From NCBI GenBank assembly GCA_044225505.1, contig JBGAIN010000041.1, forward strand, positions 1 through 50,718: a stretch of DNA of 50,718 bases, written 5' to 3'. The notes under the pieces were generated by a model. That model did no database searches. It was given only the letters and a program-made list of their open reading frames with translations, and was not told the DNA's origin. The translations under genes and the position numbers were made by a program. The first letter of the stretch is position 1; each line of letters begins with the position of its first letter. Below are positions 10,294-19,857 of the stretch, piece after piece. The stretch comes from Limisphaerales bacterium (GTDB lineage Bacteria > Verrucomicrobiota > Verrucomicrobiia > Limisphaerales > SIBE01).

Positions 10294-12375
10294 CTACTGG
10301 GAACTTTCTACCAACCGGAAGAAACGGGTCGCTTGGGCGACGGGAAGCAAAACCACATTGCGACCGTCGACAACGATCACCGGTGCCGCGACGTCAATCC
10401 ATTCTGCTCGTCGGGCCGGGAATTCGGCGCTCTGCAATTTCAAGCCTTCTTCTGTCTCAGGCCACGCCACTTCGATTTGCTCGAACCCAATGCGCCGTAC
10501 AGAGAGTGGGGTGGACCCGGTCACGGCCACGCTCGTGAACGAAGTGCCTAAAGCGGACTCTTCAAGGGTTGTCCCGGATGTCGCAATGGCCAAGAGATGC
10601 AGTCGCTCAGGAGTTGAGGGAGCGATTTCCACCGTCAGGGTGGCGCTGGCAAAAGGCTCAAGCCAGTTCAAGACCAAGGTGATGACCCCATTGGTTACCG
10701 TCGGGGCGCCTTGGCTTGAAGTCACCTGCACAATTTGCGGATTTGCCTGAGGCAAATTGTTAAATGCGGGTCCGTTCGTTGTCCAGACAACCACCTCCCC
10801 CCGGGTTGGTGCGCCATAGGCAAACTCTTGAGTCAGCACCAACTGCTCAAGCGCGCTGCTCGTCAAATTGGTAACGAGGAGGGAGAAGATCAAGTCCTCC
10901 CCGATCGCTACGGTCGCGCTGGACGGGGCAACAACAACGCCGATTTCCCCAGTGTTGAACGCTTCGAAGTTTGTTTGGCTGGTCGCCACGCCGGTCGCCG
11001 TCACGATCGAGATCGGCCCTGCTGTTGTAAACGCTGGAACCGTCGCCACCAATTCATCTCCGTAACTCTCAAAGGCAGCCGCTTTTCCGTTGAAAAGAAC
11101 TTGGCGAACCGTTCCGAAGTTGGCGCCGCGAATCCCCACCAAGGTGCCGTCGATCCCGGAACTTGGGCTAAAATCGATGATCTCCGGGGCAGGTGGACCT
11201 CCAACGACGGTGAAGTCTTCCGTAGAGGTTGCGGTTCCTCCGTCCGTCTGCACGGTGATTTTCCCGGTTGAAGCATACGGAACCACCGCGCCCAAGAAAT
11301 CGGGCGAGATCATGGAGAATTCAGCTGGAACCCCGTTAAACTGGACGGAGCGTGTTCCGACCAGATTCTGACCACGGATCGCGATGGTCGCCCCGGGCCT
11401 CCCGCTCGTCTGCGAAAGACTGGTGATCACTGGTTTCGGTGCCTGGGTCACGGCAAAGCTCGAGGCGGACACACAACTGCCCGAGATTGTCTCGATTCGA
11501 ATCAACCCATCGGATGCGCCTGGAGGAACAATGGCCAAGAGTTGTCCGTCGAAGAACCCCAGTGTAAACAGGGCAGATTTATCGCCGAAATAGACGGCCA
11601 CCACATCGACTAGATTGCTGCCCTGAATGGTGACTTCGGTCCTGGCGGGACCGCTCCTCGGCGTAAAACTGGAAATGACTGGCGTTCCAGAGGTCACGAC
11701 CACAAATGGCAGATCGGTCGTGGTCGAACCCTCCTTCGTCACGACGGTGATCGGCCCTGTCGTCGCCCCGTCCGGGACGATCGCGGTAAACCCTGCGAGA
11801 GTCTGGAAGGAAGCTTCCACCCCATTAAATCGGACGCTGGTGATGTTCGCCAAGTTTGCCCCAGAAAAGGTAACAGTGGTCCCTTTGCGCCCTTGGGACG
11901 GTTCAAAAGCCGTGATCGATGGGGGGCCACTTTCCACTTGGAAATCTTGAATGCTGGTGGCAACGCCAGCCGCCGTGACGATTTGGATTGGGCCAGTCGA
12001 TGCATTGGCCGGCACTTCCGTCTGCACAGCACTGCCATCGTCGAGACTGCCAAAAATCGCGGCCTCGATCCCAGAGCTGAAGTTGATTTGGGTAATCTGC
12101 CAGAGATTGCTTCCGGTAACGATCACCAGAGTCCCCGGGGGTCCGCTGGAAGGAGTGAAGCCGGCAATGATCGGTGGCATGTTGGCGTCTGCGCCATAGG
12201 TCACGGTTCCTAAACTCAAGCTCAGAGCGAGCAAAGAAGCTATCAGGTGAGCGAACCAGGACAGTTGGGAGAACAGGCCGTTGCATCCGCCCAGGCGAGC
12301 CCTAGCGAATCGCACCGTCCCTCGTCGGCCACGAGGAGCGTTAATGCGAATGTTCCAGGACACATCTCCACTCAT
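10294..12375 (-). CDS. Secreted protein with ~5 tandem IPT/TIG (Ig-like) domains, a DUF11-like domain and a C-terminal RFFRL tail
   Basis: Repeated P.I..F.P.SG..GT.V.I.G.N...V.F.G...VP..A..G.I.V.T..G units; hydrophobic signal-like segment; C-terminus WPE...LQSA...W...RFFRL. Start uncertain. Confidence 0.85.
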   Translation of the reverse strand: MSGDVSWNIRINAPRGRRGTVRFARARLGGCNGLFSQLSWFAHLIASLLALSLSLGTVTYGADANMPPIIAGFTPSSGPPGTLVIVTGSNLWQITQINFSSGIEAAIFGSLDDGSAVQTEVPANASTGPIQIVTAAGVATSIQDFQVESGPPSITAFEPSQGRKGTTVTFSGANLANITSVRFNGVEASFQTLAGFTAIVPDGATTGPITVVTKEGSTTTDLPFVVVTSGTPVISSFTPRSGPARTEVTIQGSNLVDVVAVYFGDKSALFTLGFFDGQLLAIVPPGASDGLIRIETISGSCVSASSFAVTQAPKPVITSLSQTSGRPGATIAIRGQNLVGTRSVQFNGVPAEFSMISPDFLGAVVPYASTGKITVQTDGGTATSTEDFTVVGGPPAPEIIDFSPSSGIDGTLVGIRGANFGTVRQVLFNGKAAAFESYGDELVATVPAFTTAGPISIVTATGVATSQTNFEAFNTGEIGVVVAPSSATVAIGEDLIFSLLVTNLTSSALEQLVLTQEFAYGAPTRGEVVVWTTNGPAFNNLPQANPQIVQVTSSQGAPTVTNGVITLVLNWLEPFASATLTVEIAPSTPERLHLLAIATSGTTLEESALGTSFTSVAVTGSTPLSVRRIGFEQIEVAWPETEEGLKLQSAEFPARRAEWIDVAAPVIVVDGRNVVLLPVAQATRFFRLVESSQ

Positions 12376-12440
12376 ACATTCTCAGAGTAGGACTGCAACG
12401 GACGTTGTGTCAACGACCACGGGGTTTGCCGAACCCCAAT

Positions 12441-12613
12441 CTAGGGTGCTGTCCCCGAATTCGGTTAGCTTTCGCGGCCAGGAGTTTTGCCTCGTCCGCA
12501 CGGCGCGAGCGAGGCGCATCCCCGTCCCCGACAGGGCGGGAGAACGAGCGCGCCTCGCCAAGACCCATTTTGAGCGCAACGAATGCCTGCGGAATTAGGG
12601 GACAGCACACTCG
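12441..12613. mobile_element. MITE-like non-autonomous element with ~22-bp imperfect terminal inverted repeats
   Basis: Left end CTAGGGTGCTGTCCCCGAATTC versus reverse complement of the right end CGAGTGTGCTGTCCCCTAATTC (19/22). The interior resembles 25950-26030. Confidence 0.6.
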
Positions 12614-12660
12614 CTCCGCCAGAGCCCGCTTGGGTCACCCACACAGCTCAGGGCCAAGGG

Positions 12661-13461
12661 TCATTCGGACGATGTCACTTTCGGATCAATTCCCACTCTC
12701 CACCATCGATCCTCATTCTTGAGGTTTCCCGGCCCGGTCCGGTAGCGACTGCCACCATAAAAGTTAACGTGGTTATCCCCGTGCACCACGTTAACTCCCT
12801 CTTTGCCAGAGCGATAAGAATGAATCGGTATAGGCCAGACGTAGCCCAACGCCAAGTCCGCCGTCTCGGGGTAGGTTTTGAAGGTCCACACCGATTGGAA
12901 CCGTGCGCCTTGGTCCAGGAACAGCTTCACATCGGAAGGTTGCGGCAATTTGTCGAGCTTTTGTCGTGGGTACTCATCATCGGCCGCGGTAATCGCATAG
13001 ATATTCCCCATCATCGCAATTTCGGGTGCCGGCAGATCCGCGCGATATTCCGGACTGTTCAATTGTCGCTTGCAGGAGGGGCATAGCCAGACAGCGTCGT
13101 TTTGAAGATACGATCGCAGTCGCGCGAAGTAATTATCTACAAAACCGGCAGCCTTCGGGTCGTAGTAATTAGACGCATCCGGATTGGCGACCGAGACAAA
13201 GCGAGTTTCGCTTTCGGGCAATTCTCCATTGTGATCGTCTGAATAGAGCCGCACGCCGATCCCGATCTGTCTTAAATTATTCGCGCACTGGGTGCGCAGT
13301 GCTGCTTCTTTGGAACGGCTCAAAACAGGGAGCAGAAGTGCCGCCAGAATTCCAATGATGGCGATCACGACCAGCAGTTCGAGGAGGGTGAACCCGGGAT
13401 GTTGACAAGGTCGGGCGCACATCGGTTGGTTGGCCATTGGTCTGAATCTTGGCTCACCCAT
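12661..13461 (-). CDS. Prepilin-type N-terminal cleavage/methylation domain protein (DUF1559-like, divergent C-terminal motif)
   Basis: [45 protein letters not shown]...[11 protein letters not shown]. Confidence 0.9.
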   Translation of the reverse strand: MGEPRFRPMANQPMCARPCQHPGFTLLELLVVIAIIGILAALLLPVLSRSKEAALRTQCANNLRQIGIGVRLYSDDHNGELPESETRFVSVANPDASNYYDPKAAGFVDNYFARLRSYLQNDAVWLCPSCKRQLNSPEYRADLPAPEIAMMGNIYAITAADDEYPRQKLDKLPQPSDVKLFLDQGARFQSVWTFKTYPETADLALGYVWPIPIHSYRSGKEGVNVVHGDNHVNFYGGSRYRTGPGNLKNEDRWWRVGIDPKVTSSE

Positions 13462-13774
13462 AAAGCGAATTCTGTGTGGCTGGGATGCCTTGCCGTCCGG
13501 CTATTGTCGTCTCAGAATCGATCGGTTTCACAGAAAATGCAATCTTCCATGGAAATGGAGGGCTCGCGCAGCCGCGGACCTGCCGGTTTTTTGGCTCGAC
13601 GCCTTCGGGGTGGTTATAGCATGTTGGAATCGGACCGGAGTTGCCGGATTTCCGGCATGAGGACCGCACGGTCCGACGGACAAGGTATATTTGTGGGGAA
13701 CAGACCCCCATTTTGGGAATTCCACTGGTTTTCCCAGGGATGGCTTTTGGGTCACAGTAGTCCAGAAAGAATCT

Positions 13775-15640
13775 ATGAGAGAAGAGTTTGAGAAGCTGGT
13801 CGCCGCCGGAAAGATCAGTCGGCAACATGTCGAGCCGCTGGTGCAATTGGCCAAAGCAGGTTACTGCATGCACCGCAGTTGGGGGTTCGGCAAGATCACC
13901 GCCGTCGATACCTTACTGTGCCGGTTCCTCGTTGATTTCTCGGGGAAGGCCGGACATTCAATGGATCTTTCTTTCGCTGCGGAGTCGTTGAAACCGATCC
14001 CGAGCGAACATATCCTTGCGCGGAAAGCTGCTGACCTGGCTGGGTTGCGACAAACGGCTGCGTTACACCATTTAGACCTGATCAAGATTGTTCTCCAGAG
14101 CTACGGTGGCAAAGCGACCGTCGATCAAATCCAACAAGTCCTCGTTCCCGACGTGATTGCGGATGACTGGAAGAAGTGGTGGGAAGTGGCGAAGCGAGAG
14201 CTCAAGAAGGATGGTCATTTTCAGGTTCCGCTGAAAAAGAGCGAGCCGATTGTCTATCAAATGCAGGAGGTTTCGCTGCAACAGCGATTATTGGCGGAGT
14301 TTCGTGCGGCCAAAGGTCTCAAAGCCAAGCTCAGCGTTGCTTCGGAGATTCTGAAGAATTGGCCGGACCTTCAAGATCCCAAACCGTTGACAGCGGAAGT
14401 CGTCCCGGCGCTGAACGCTGATATTGCCAGTCACCAACGGACCCAAACGTCGCTGGCTTTAGAGGCTGTGTTTCTTCGTGATGAGTTGGCCACCTTGGCA
14501 ACGATGCCTCCGCAAGAAGGACAACTGACGGAGGCAAACCTGTGGGCTTACGCCTCGCGTCCAAATCAGGTTCTGGAATCGATCCCGGCAGCAAAGCACA
14601 AACGCGCGTTGCAGTCCTACCAGGACGCTCATCCGACCGAATGGGTGGAATCGTTGCTCGGAGCGCTCAATGGCATGACCGCGAAGCTCTGTGGCGAAGC
14701 GACTTCCCTGCTCATTTCGCAAGGCCAGTTGAATTTGCTCAAGGAACACCTGGCGCGCTTGATCAGTCAACACAACGCCAGCAGTGAACTCCTGCTGTGG
14801 CTGGCCAAGGAGCGTTCCGATGCCTTCGCGGATATTCTCGGGCCTGAAGTCTTCCGCGCGATGTTAACGACGATGGAGCGAGACCAATTCAACGAGAAGA
14901 AGTCCAACCGCCTTCGCGATTATATTTTGGATGATCAGGATTTGTTGGTGGAACTGATCGGTTCGGCCGACTTAGAGGTCATTAAGGACTTGACGCGAGC
15001 CTTACAGCTATCCCCTTGCTTTGATGACATGGACAAGCGCTCGCTCCTGGCGCGGATTGTGAAGAGCTATCCTGCGGTGCAGTCTTTGATCTCCGGGGAG
15101 CATTCCAAACAAGATGCAACGTTGGTGGTTTCGTGGGAGAGTTTGGAACGTCGGAAGGATGAGTATCAAGAGCTCGTGCATAAGAAGATCCCGGCCAATT
15201 CCAAGGAAATCGCCATCGCGCGCAGTTATGGCGATCTGCGGGAAAACCATGAGTACAAAGCGGCCAAAGAGATGCATAAGCTTCTCATGCGCCGCAAGGG
15301 AGAATTGGAAAACTTACTGGTTCGGGCGCGAGGATCGGATTTCGCCAATCCTAAGACGGACGGCGTTGGTATTGGCACGATCGTCCAGGTGACCGACCTG
15401 CGAGCCGCCCATGCGGAGACATACACGATCTTAGGGGCGTGGGATTTTGACGCGGACCGCCATATCATTAGCTATTTGAGTCCTATGGCCCAGGCTTTAA
15501 TCGGACATAAGCCAGGAGAAGAAGTCGAGTTCGAGATGGACGGGGAAAAGAAGCATTACCGGGTCGAGTCGATCATTGCGTACAAAGCGCCAGCGCCCGC
15601 GGCTTCCCCGGCTGCCGCCGCCCCGGTCGCGACGCCGTGA
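13775..15640 (+). CDS. greA: GreA/GreB family transcription elongation factor with large N-terminal extension
   Basis: C-terminal Gre domain: KIPANSKEIAIARSYGDLRENHEYKAAKE, VGIGTIV, YTILGAWD, ISYLSPMAQALIG. Preceded by ~450 aa. Start placed at MREEFEKL. Confidence 0.88.
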   Translation: MREEFEKLVAAGKISRQHVEPLVQLAKAGYCMHRSWGFGKITAVDTLLCRFLVDFSGKAGHSMDLSFAAESLKPIPSEHILARKAADLAGLRQTAALHHLDLIKIVLQSYGGKATVDQIQQVLVPDVIADDWKKWWEVAKRELKKDGHFQVPLKKSEPIVYQMQEVSLQQRLLAEFRAAKGLKAKLSVASEILKNWPDLQDPKPLTAEVVPALNADIASHQRTQTSLALEAVFLRDELATLATMPPQEGQLTEANLWAYASRPNQVLESIPAAKHKRALQSYQDAHPTEWVESLLGALNGMTAKLCGEATSLLISQGQLNLLKEHLARLISQHNASSELLLWLAKERSDAFADILGPEVFRAMLTTMERDQFNEKKSNRLRDYILDDQDLLVELIGSADLEVIKDLTRALQLSPCFDDMDKRSLLARIVKSYPAVQSLISGEHSKQDATLVVSWESLERRKDEYQELVHKKIPANSKEIAIARSYGDLRENHEYKAAKEMHKLLMRRKGELENLLVRARGSDFANPKTDGVGIGTIVQVTDLRAAHAETYTILGAWDFDADRHIISYLSPMAQALIGHKPGEEVEFEMDGEKKHYRVESIIAYKAPAPAASPAAAAPVATP

Positions 15641-15659
15641 CCGTCTCCTCGGCCCGCAG

Positions 15660-15678
15660 CCCGGGGTAGAGCCCCGGG
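15660..15678. terminator. GC-rich hairpin between convergent greA and SCO genes
   Basis: CCCGGGG-TAGAG-CCCCGGG inverted repeat. Confidence 0.45.
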
Positions 15679-15697
15679 CCGGGCATTTAAAGAAGCC

Positions 15698-16654
15698 TCA
15701 GGGCACGCGTGCTGGAGTTGACGCGGTGAGCTTGACTTGAGCGGCTTTGACGATTTCCTCAACGAGTTCATCTGGCTTCCATTCATTGCCGTAGATGATC
15801 TTTTGGACCCGCCCGTTCGTATCGATCACCACCGTGCGCATCTTGTGATCCCAATCGTTGCCGCGTTTCACGATGATTAACTCGAACTGGTCCGTGATCG
15901 CGTCGATGTCGATCATCGCACCTGTGACAAAATTCCAGCGAAGCGGATCGTTCTGGAATGCTTTGGAGTAACCTTCCAATACCGAGGGTGTGTCGAAGTG
16001 CGGGTCGAACGAGATACTCAGGAGATGCCAGTTTGTTGGACCATTCGACATCGCTTTAAGCTTTTCACAAACGTCCGCGAAATTACGCGACATTCGCGGA
16101 CAAAAATCGGGCAGGGGACAGCGGGTGAAAATAAACGTGAAGGCCAGCGCTTGGCCGCGGAAATCCTGCAATTGCACCGTTCGACCGAGCTCGTTGGTAA
16201 AGGTGTAGTTCGTCATCAGGTCGCCCACCTGCAAAGGTTCGACATCTCGGGCCACGCGCACGGCTTCACGTTCGGGCGGCGCATTGGTTTGGGGCGGTGC
16301 CGCCACTGCTTTCGTGATTTTGTCGATCCACGATTCATCCGCGGACACCCAGAGTCTGAACCAGATAGCATCGCCCGGAGCCAAGCCGTCCAGTTGCGAC
16401 AACTCCTTCACGTTGAAAGGCATCGTCATCGCCGGCATGTAATTGGGGATTTCCTCGTGTTGGATTGAAATCTTTTTCTCGTCCGGAATAATCTTTTTAA
16501 TGGTCCCGCGGACGAGAAAGAAATTGACGTTAGTCGAGCCGGAGATGGGGGGATTGGTGGAGAGGGTGGAGGTTGCGGTCTGGGTCGGCTTCGGTCCGCA
16601 CCCTGCGATGCCGCTGGCGATGAGCAGGAGAATTCCGATCTGCAGAATTTTCAT
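15698..16654 (-). CDS. Lipoprotein: CusF-like copper-binding domain fused to a SCO1/SenC domain
   Basis: Lipobox IAGC; CusF-like IQHEEIPNYMPAMTMPF; SCO motif FIFTRCPLPDFCP, SISFDP, and a His in WDHKMRT. Confidence 0.9.
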   Translation of the reverse strand: MKILQIGILLLIASGIAGCGPKPTQTATSTLSTNPPISGSTNVNFFLVRGTIKKIIPDEKKISIQHEEIPNYMPAMTMPFNVKELSQLDGLAPGDAIWFRLWVSADESWIDKITKAVAAPPQTNAPPEREAVRVARDVEPLQVGDLMTNYTFTNELGRTVQLQDFRGQALAFTFIFTRCPLPDFCPRMSRNFADVCEKLKAMSNGPTNWHLLSISFDPHFDTPSVLEGYSKAFQNDPLRWNFVTGAMIDIDAITDQFELIIVKRGNDWDHKMRTVVIDTNGRVQKIIYGNEWKPDELVEEIVKAAQVKLTASTPARVP

Positions 16655-16708
16655 CCTTCTACCATAAACGCGTCTCTGGCCGGCTCAAAGCGAAAAGCCG
16701 GCATTGCT

Positions 16709-16736
16709 TTGACAGGTTTAATTCAGGCTTTATCCT
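16709..16736 (+). promoter_or_regulatory. Sigma70-type promoter for aroB (probably leaderless)
   Basis: TTGACA (16709-16714), 16-bp spacer, TATCCT (16731-16736); the ATG follows 6 nt later with no Shine-Dalgarno sequence. Confidence 0.55.
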
Positions 16737-16742
16737 GCGCTG

Positions 16743-17834
16743 ATGCGCGTCGTTAAAGTAGCGTTGGGGGCCCGATCCTATCGCATCGCTATCGGCCGTG
16801 GGTTGCTCGGTCGATTGGGTGCGGAATGCAAAGCGCTCGAACTGGGGCAGCGTTGTGTCGTCATCACGGATAGGAATGTCGCCCGGCTTTACAGCCAAAG
16901 TGCATTGGACTCACTGGCCGCAGCTGGATTTGAGCCCTTTCTCGTGACCGTGCGCGCCGGGGAGAAGGCCAAGAGCTTAAAAGTGGTCGGCGATTGTTAC
17001 GACCGATTGGCGAGCCACCGTTTGGAACGTAAGTCGTTCGTTGTCGCCTTGGGCGGCGGTGTGGTGGGGGATCTCGCAGGGTTTGTCGCTGCAACTTATC
17101 TTCGTGGAGTGCCATTCGTCCAAGTTCCAACCACCTTGCTGGCGCAGGTGGATAGCTCGGTCGGTGGCAAAGTTGGTATTAACCTGGAGGCAGGCAAGAA
17201 CCTGGTCGGCGCATTTTACCAGCCTCGTTTGGTGTTGTGCGACTTGAATACCCTCGACACGCTGCCGGTCCGTGAGTTTCGCGCCGGTGTCAGTGAAGTC
17301 ATTAAGTATGGGATTATCTACGACGCAGGACTGTTTCGGCAATTGGAGCGTGATCTGAATCGCCTCATGGCGTGTGACGAGAAAGTTCTGGGCCCGGTTA
17401 TCGAGAAGTGCTGCGCGATCAAGGCAGACGTGGTGGGGCAGGACGAGACAGAGTCGGGCCTGCGCGCGATATTGAATTTTGGGCACACGATTGGCCATGC
17501 TCTCGAAGCCATCTCGGGGTATGGTCGGTACCTTCACGGCGAAGCGATTTCTATTGGCCAGGTGGCGGCCGCGCATCTGTCAAAAGCTGTTCTCGGCCTT
17601 TCCGCGGACGAGGTGGAAAGGATCCAGGCGTTATTGGACCAATCTGGCTTGCCGACCTCGGTCGCCCTCACTCGCCCGCAAAAGCAACGCCTATTCGCGG
17701 CCATGCGCCTCGACAAGAAGGTGAGCGCGGGTGAGATTAAGTTCGTCCTGGCCCGGAAGATAGGCAAAGTCGACTTTGGACAACGCGTTCCTGCCGACAC
17801 GATCGATCAAGCGCTAGCGGCCGTTGCGTCGTGA
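16743..17834 (+). CDS. aroB: 3-dehydroquinate synthase
   Basis: GEKAKSL, ALGGGVVGDLAGF, PTTLLAQVDSSVGGKVGIN, KNLVGAFYQP, LNFGHTIGHALE, HGEAI. Confidence 0.98.
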   Translation: MRVVKVALGARSYRIAIGRGLLGRLGAECKALELGQRCVVITDRNVARLYSQSALDSLAAAGFEPFLVTVRAGEKAKSLKVVGDCYDRLASHRLERKSFVVALGGGVVGDLAGFVAATYLRGVPFVQVPTTLLAQVDSSVGGKVGINLEAGKNLVGAFYQPRLVLCDLNTLDTLPVREFRAGVSEVIKYGIIYDAGLFRQLERDLNRLMACDEKVLGPVIEKCCAIKADVVGQDETESGLRAILNFGHTIGHALEAISGYGRYLHGEAISIGQVAAAHLSKAVLGLSADEVERIQALLDQSGLPTSVALTRPQKQRLFAAMRLDKKVSAGEIKFVLARKIGKVDFGQRVPADTIDQALAAVAS

Positions 17835-17849
17835 ATCAGCAAGCGGCTG

Positions 17850-19697
17850 TCACCGTGATTCACGCGAGCTTTGAGCTTCCTCGATCGCTTTGAGCAGTTG
17901 GTCCACGGTGTAGGCGTCGCTGGCAAAGAGCGGCTTGCCGTCAGGTGAATAAACCACAAGGTAGGGAATCGTGCGGCGCCCGACATCAATCAGTTTTCGA
18001 TTCCCTTCCTGGTTATTTCCAGTGAGATCGATCTTAATCGGGGCAACGCTGTCGCTGTTTAGAACCTTAACCACTCGTGGGTCGTGCAGCACCGTTTGCT
18101 CAAGGGCGTGACAGTTTAGGCACCAAGCGGCCGTAAACTCTAGAACGACGATCTTCCGCTGACTCTGCCTTTCCGCAAGACGTTCCGGCGTGTAGTAAAC
18201 CCAATGGATCGGGCTGCCGCGAGTGAATCGCACCGCCATGCCGACCGCCAAGAGCACAAACAGTAGGCCGACTAGTCCAAATACCGCCCGATTTATCGCT
18301 CGCTTAGTCAGCTGAAAGGTGCGCCACGTCAACCACCCTCCGCCCGCGGCAATCAAAGCGGCGACCGCCCACCAATACGCGTTTGTCGGTGGGTCAGGCG
18401 GCTTCGCCAAGAGCCCAGCGGCGCCAGTGCCGAGAAAGTAAGCTCCAGCCGCGAGCATGAACAATCCCATGACCTGCTTGATTAATTCGCTCGCTGGACC
18501 TGTCCGAGGCATACGATTGACGAGGAACGGGAATGCGGACAAAAGCAAATAAGGCAAGGCCATGCCCGTGCCGATCGCAGCAAACGTCGTCATTGTAATC
18601 AAAGGCCGCTGTGTGGCTGACCAGGCCGCGGCCGCGCCCATAAAGGGAGCTGTGCAGGGCGTGGAAAGCACCGCCGTCATGATGCCGAACAGGAAAGAGC
18701 CGCCCACCGATTCTTGTGACGGATTGACGCGGTAAACCGCTTGCGGGAGCTGAATGGCGAATAGCCCGCACATTCCGACGGCCATAGCGCAGATGATCAC
18801 TCCCACTCCAATCGTGAAAGCCGGGTACTGAAAGAGTTTGTTCGTGGCGTCGAATCCGCTGATGCTCGAGACAGCCACTGCTAAGCCAAGCCAGAAGGCG
18901 ATGACGCCGGCGGACAAGCTCAGTCCCAGCAAAAGGCAACGCTGACGGTTACCCGCCGCCCGGGAAAGCCCAATAATTTTTATCGGAATCAACGGAAGCA
19001 CGCACGGGGTGAAGTTCAGGAGTATGCCACCGATTGCCGCAATCGCCAGCAAGAGCCAAAACCGGGAGGGAGCGATTTTAAAGTCCCATCCGAAAAAAGC
19101 GATATTCAGACGATCTTGCGCCTCTTTGAGCCCGGCAAATATCTCGGCATTGGCCTGTGTTTCAGGGGTCGCGGGATCTAAGACGGTCAATGTGAGCTTC
19201 GTCTCCGTGCTTGCCGGCCTTTGACACGTTTTGTCGTCACAAGCCTGGTAGCGCACAGAAACCTCTAACGGCAGCGTTCCCGGTTTCGCCGTACTCGTCA
19301 CGGCCATCGGGATATAGACCGTTGTCCGATCCGAAAAAACCCGAATTACCTCTTTCTGAGTCCCCACGCCGAATTCTAACGATTTCGGCTCGGGATAAAC
19401 CGGCGTGCTGCTCTGAACTTCGGGCGGGGCGGTCGCGAGTTCGATGACCGTTGGGATATACGGCTCCGCTGCCCTATCGAAGTTGATATGGTACGGTTTG
19501 CGGATATCGAGGACGAGCGCCAGCGTGATTCGGCCCCCCGGTTTGACGCCGTTGGCAGACCAGTAATGGGTCACACGAACGACTGGGATCTCGTCCGCTT
19601 GGAAACCCGCGACGGCCACGCTTTCTGTTTGGCAGAACGCTTGGGGTGATAATCCCAGGAGCAGTCCGAGCCAAAGCCACCGGTGAACTGATTTCAT
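17850..19697 (-). CDS. DsbD-like protein-disulfide reductase (N-terminal Ig-like domain, CcdA-type transmembrane domain, thioredoxin domain)
   Basis: YQACDDKTC in the N-domain; LNFTPCVLP and STPCTAP transmembrane cysteines; FTAAWCLNC thioredoxin motif. Confidence 0.92.
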   Translation of the reverse strand: MKSVHRWLWLGLLLGLSPQAFCQTESVAVAGFQADEIPVVRVTHYWSANGVKPGGRITLALVLDIRKPYHINFDRAAEPYIPTVIELATAPPEVQSSTPVYPEPKSLEFGVGTQKEVIRVFSDRTTVYIPMAVTSTAKPGTLPLEVSVRYQACDDKTCQRPASTETKLTLTVLDPATPETQANAEIFAGLKEAQDRLNIAFFGWDFKIAPSRFWLLLAIAAIGGILLNFTPCVLPLIPIKIIGLSRAAGNRQRCLLLGLSLSAGVIAFWLGLAVAVSSISGFDATNKLFQYPAFTIGVGVIICAMAVGMCGLFAIQLPQAVYRVNPSQESVGGSFLFGIMTAVLSTPCTAPFMGAAAAWSATQRPLITMTTFAAIGTGMALPYLLLSAFPFLVNRMPRTGPASELIKQVMGLFMLAAGAYFLGTGAAGLLAKPPDPPTNAYWWAVAALIAAGGGWLTWRTFQLTKRAINRAVFGLVGLLFVLLAVGMAVRFTRGSPIHWVYYTPERLAERQSQRKIVVLEFTAAWCLNCHALEQTVLHDPRVVKVLNSDSVAPIKIDLTGNNQEGNRKLIDVGRRTIPYLVVYSPDGKPLFASDAYTVDQLLKAIEEAQSSRESR

Positions 19698-19857
19698 TTT
19701 CAGAGCCAAGCATACACCCGCTGACCCGGGAATAGCCAGCACCGGAATTGAGGATCCCGGCCTTGATCTGCGGCGTCATGCGCCAGTGCCTTGTGCTCTA
19801 TGCCGAGGGAAACCACTATTCACTTGATATTTCATCAGCGGCACGCCTAATGGTGGT

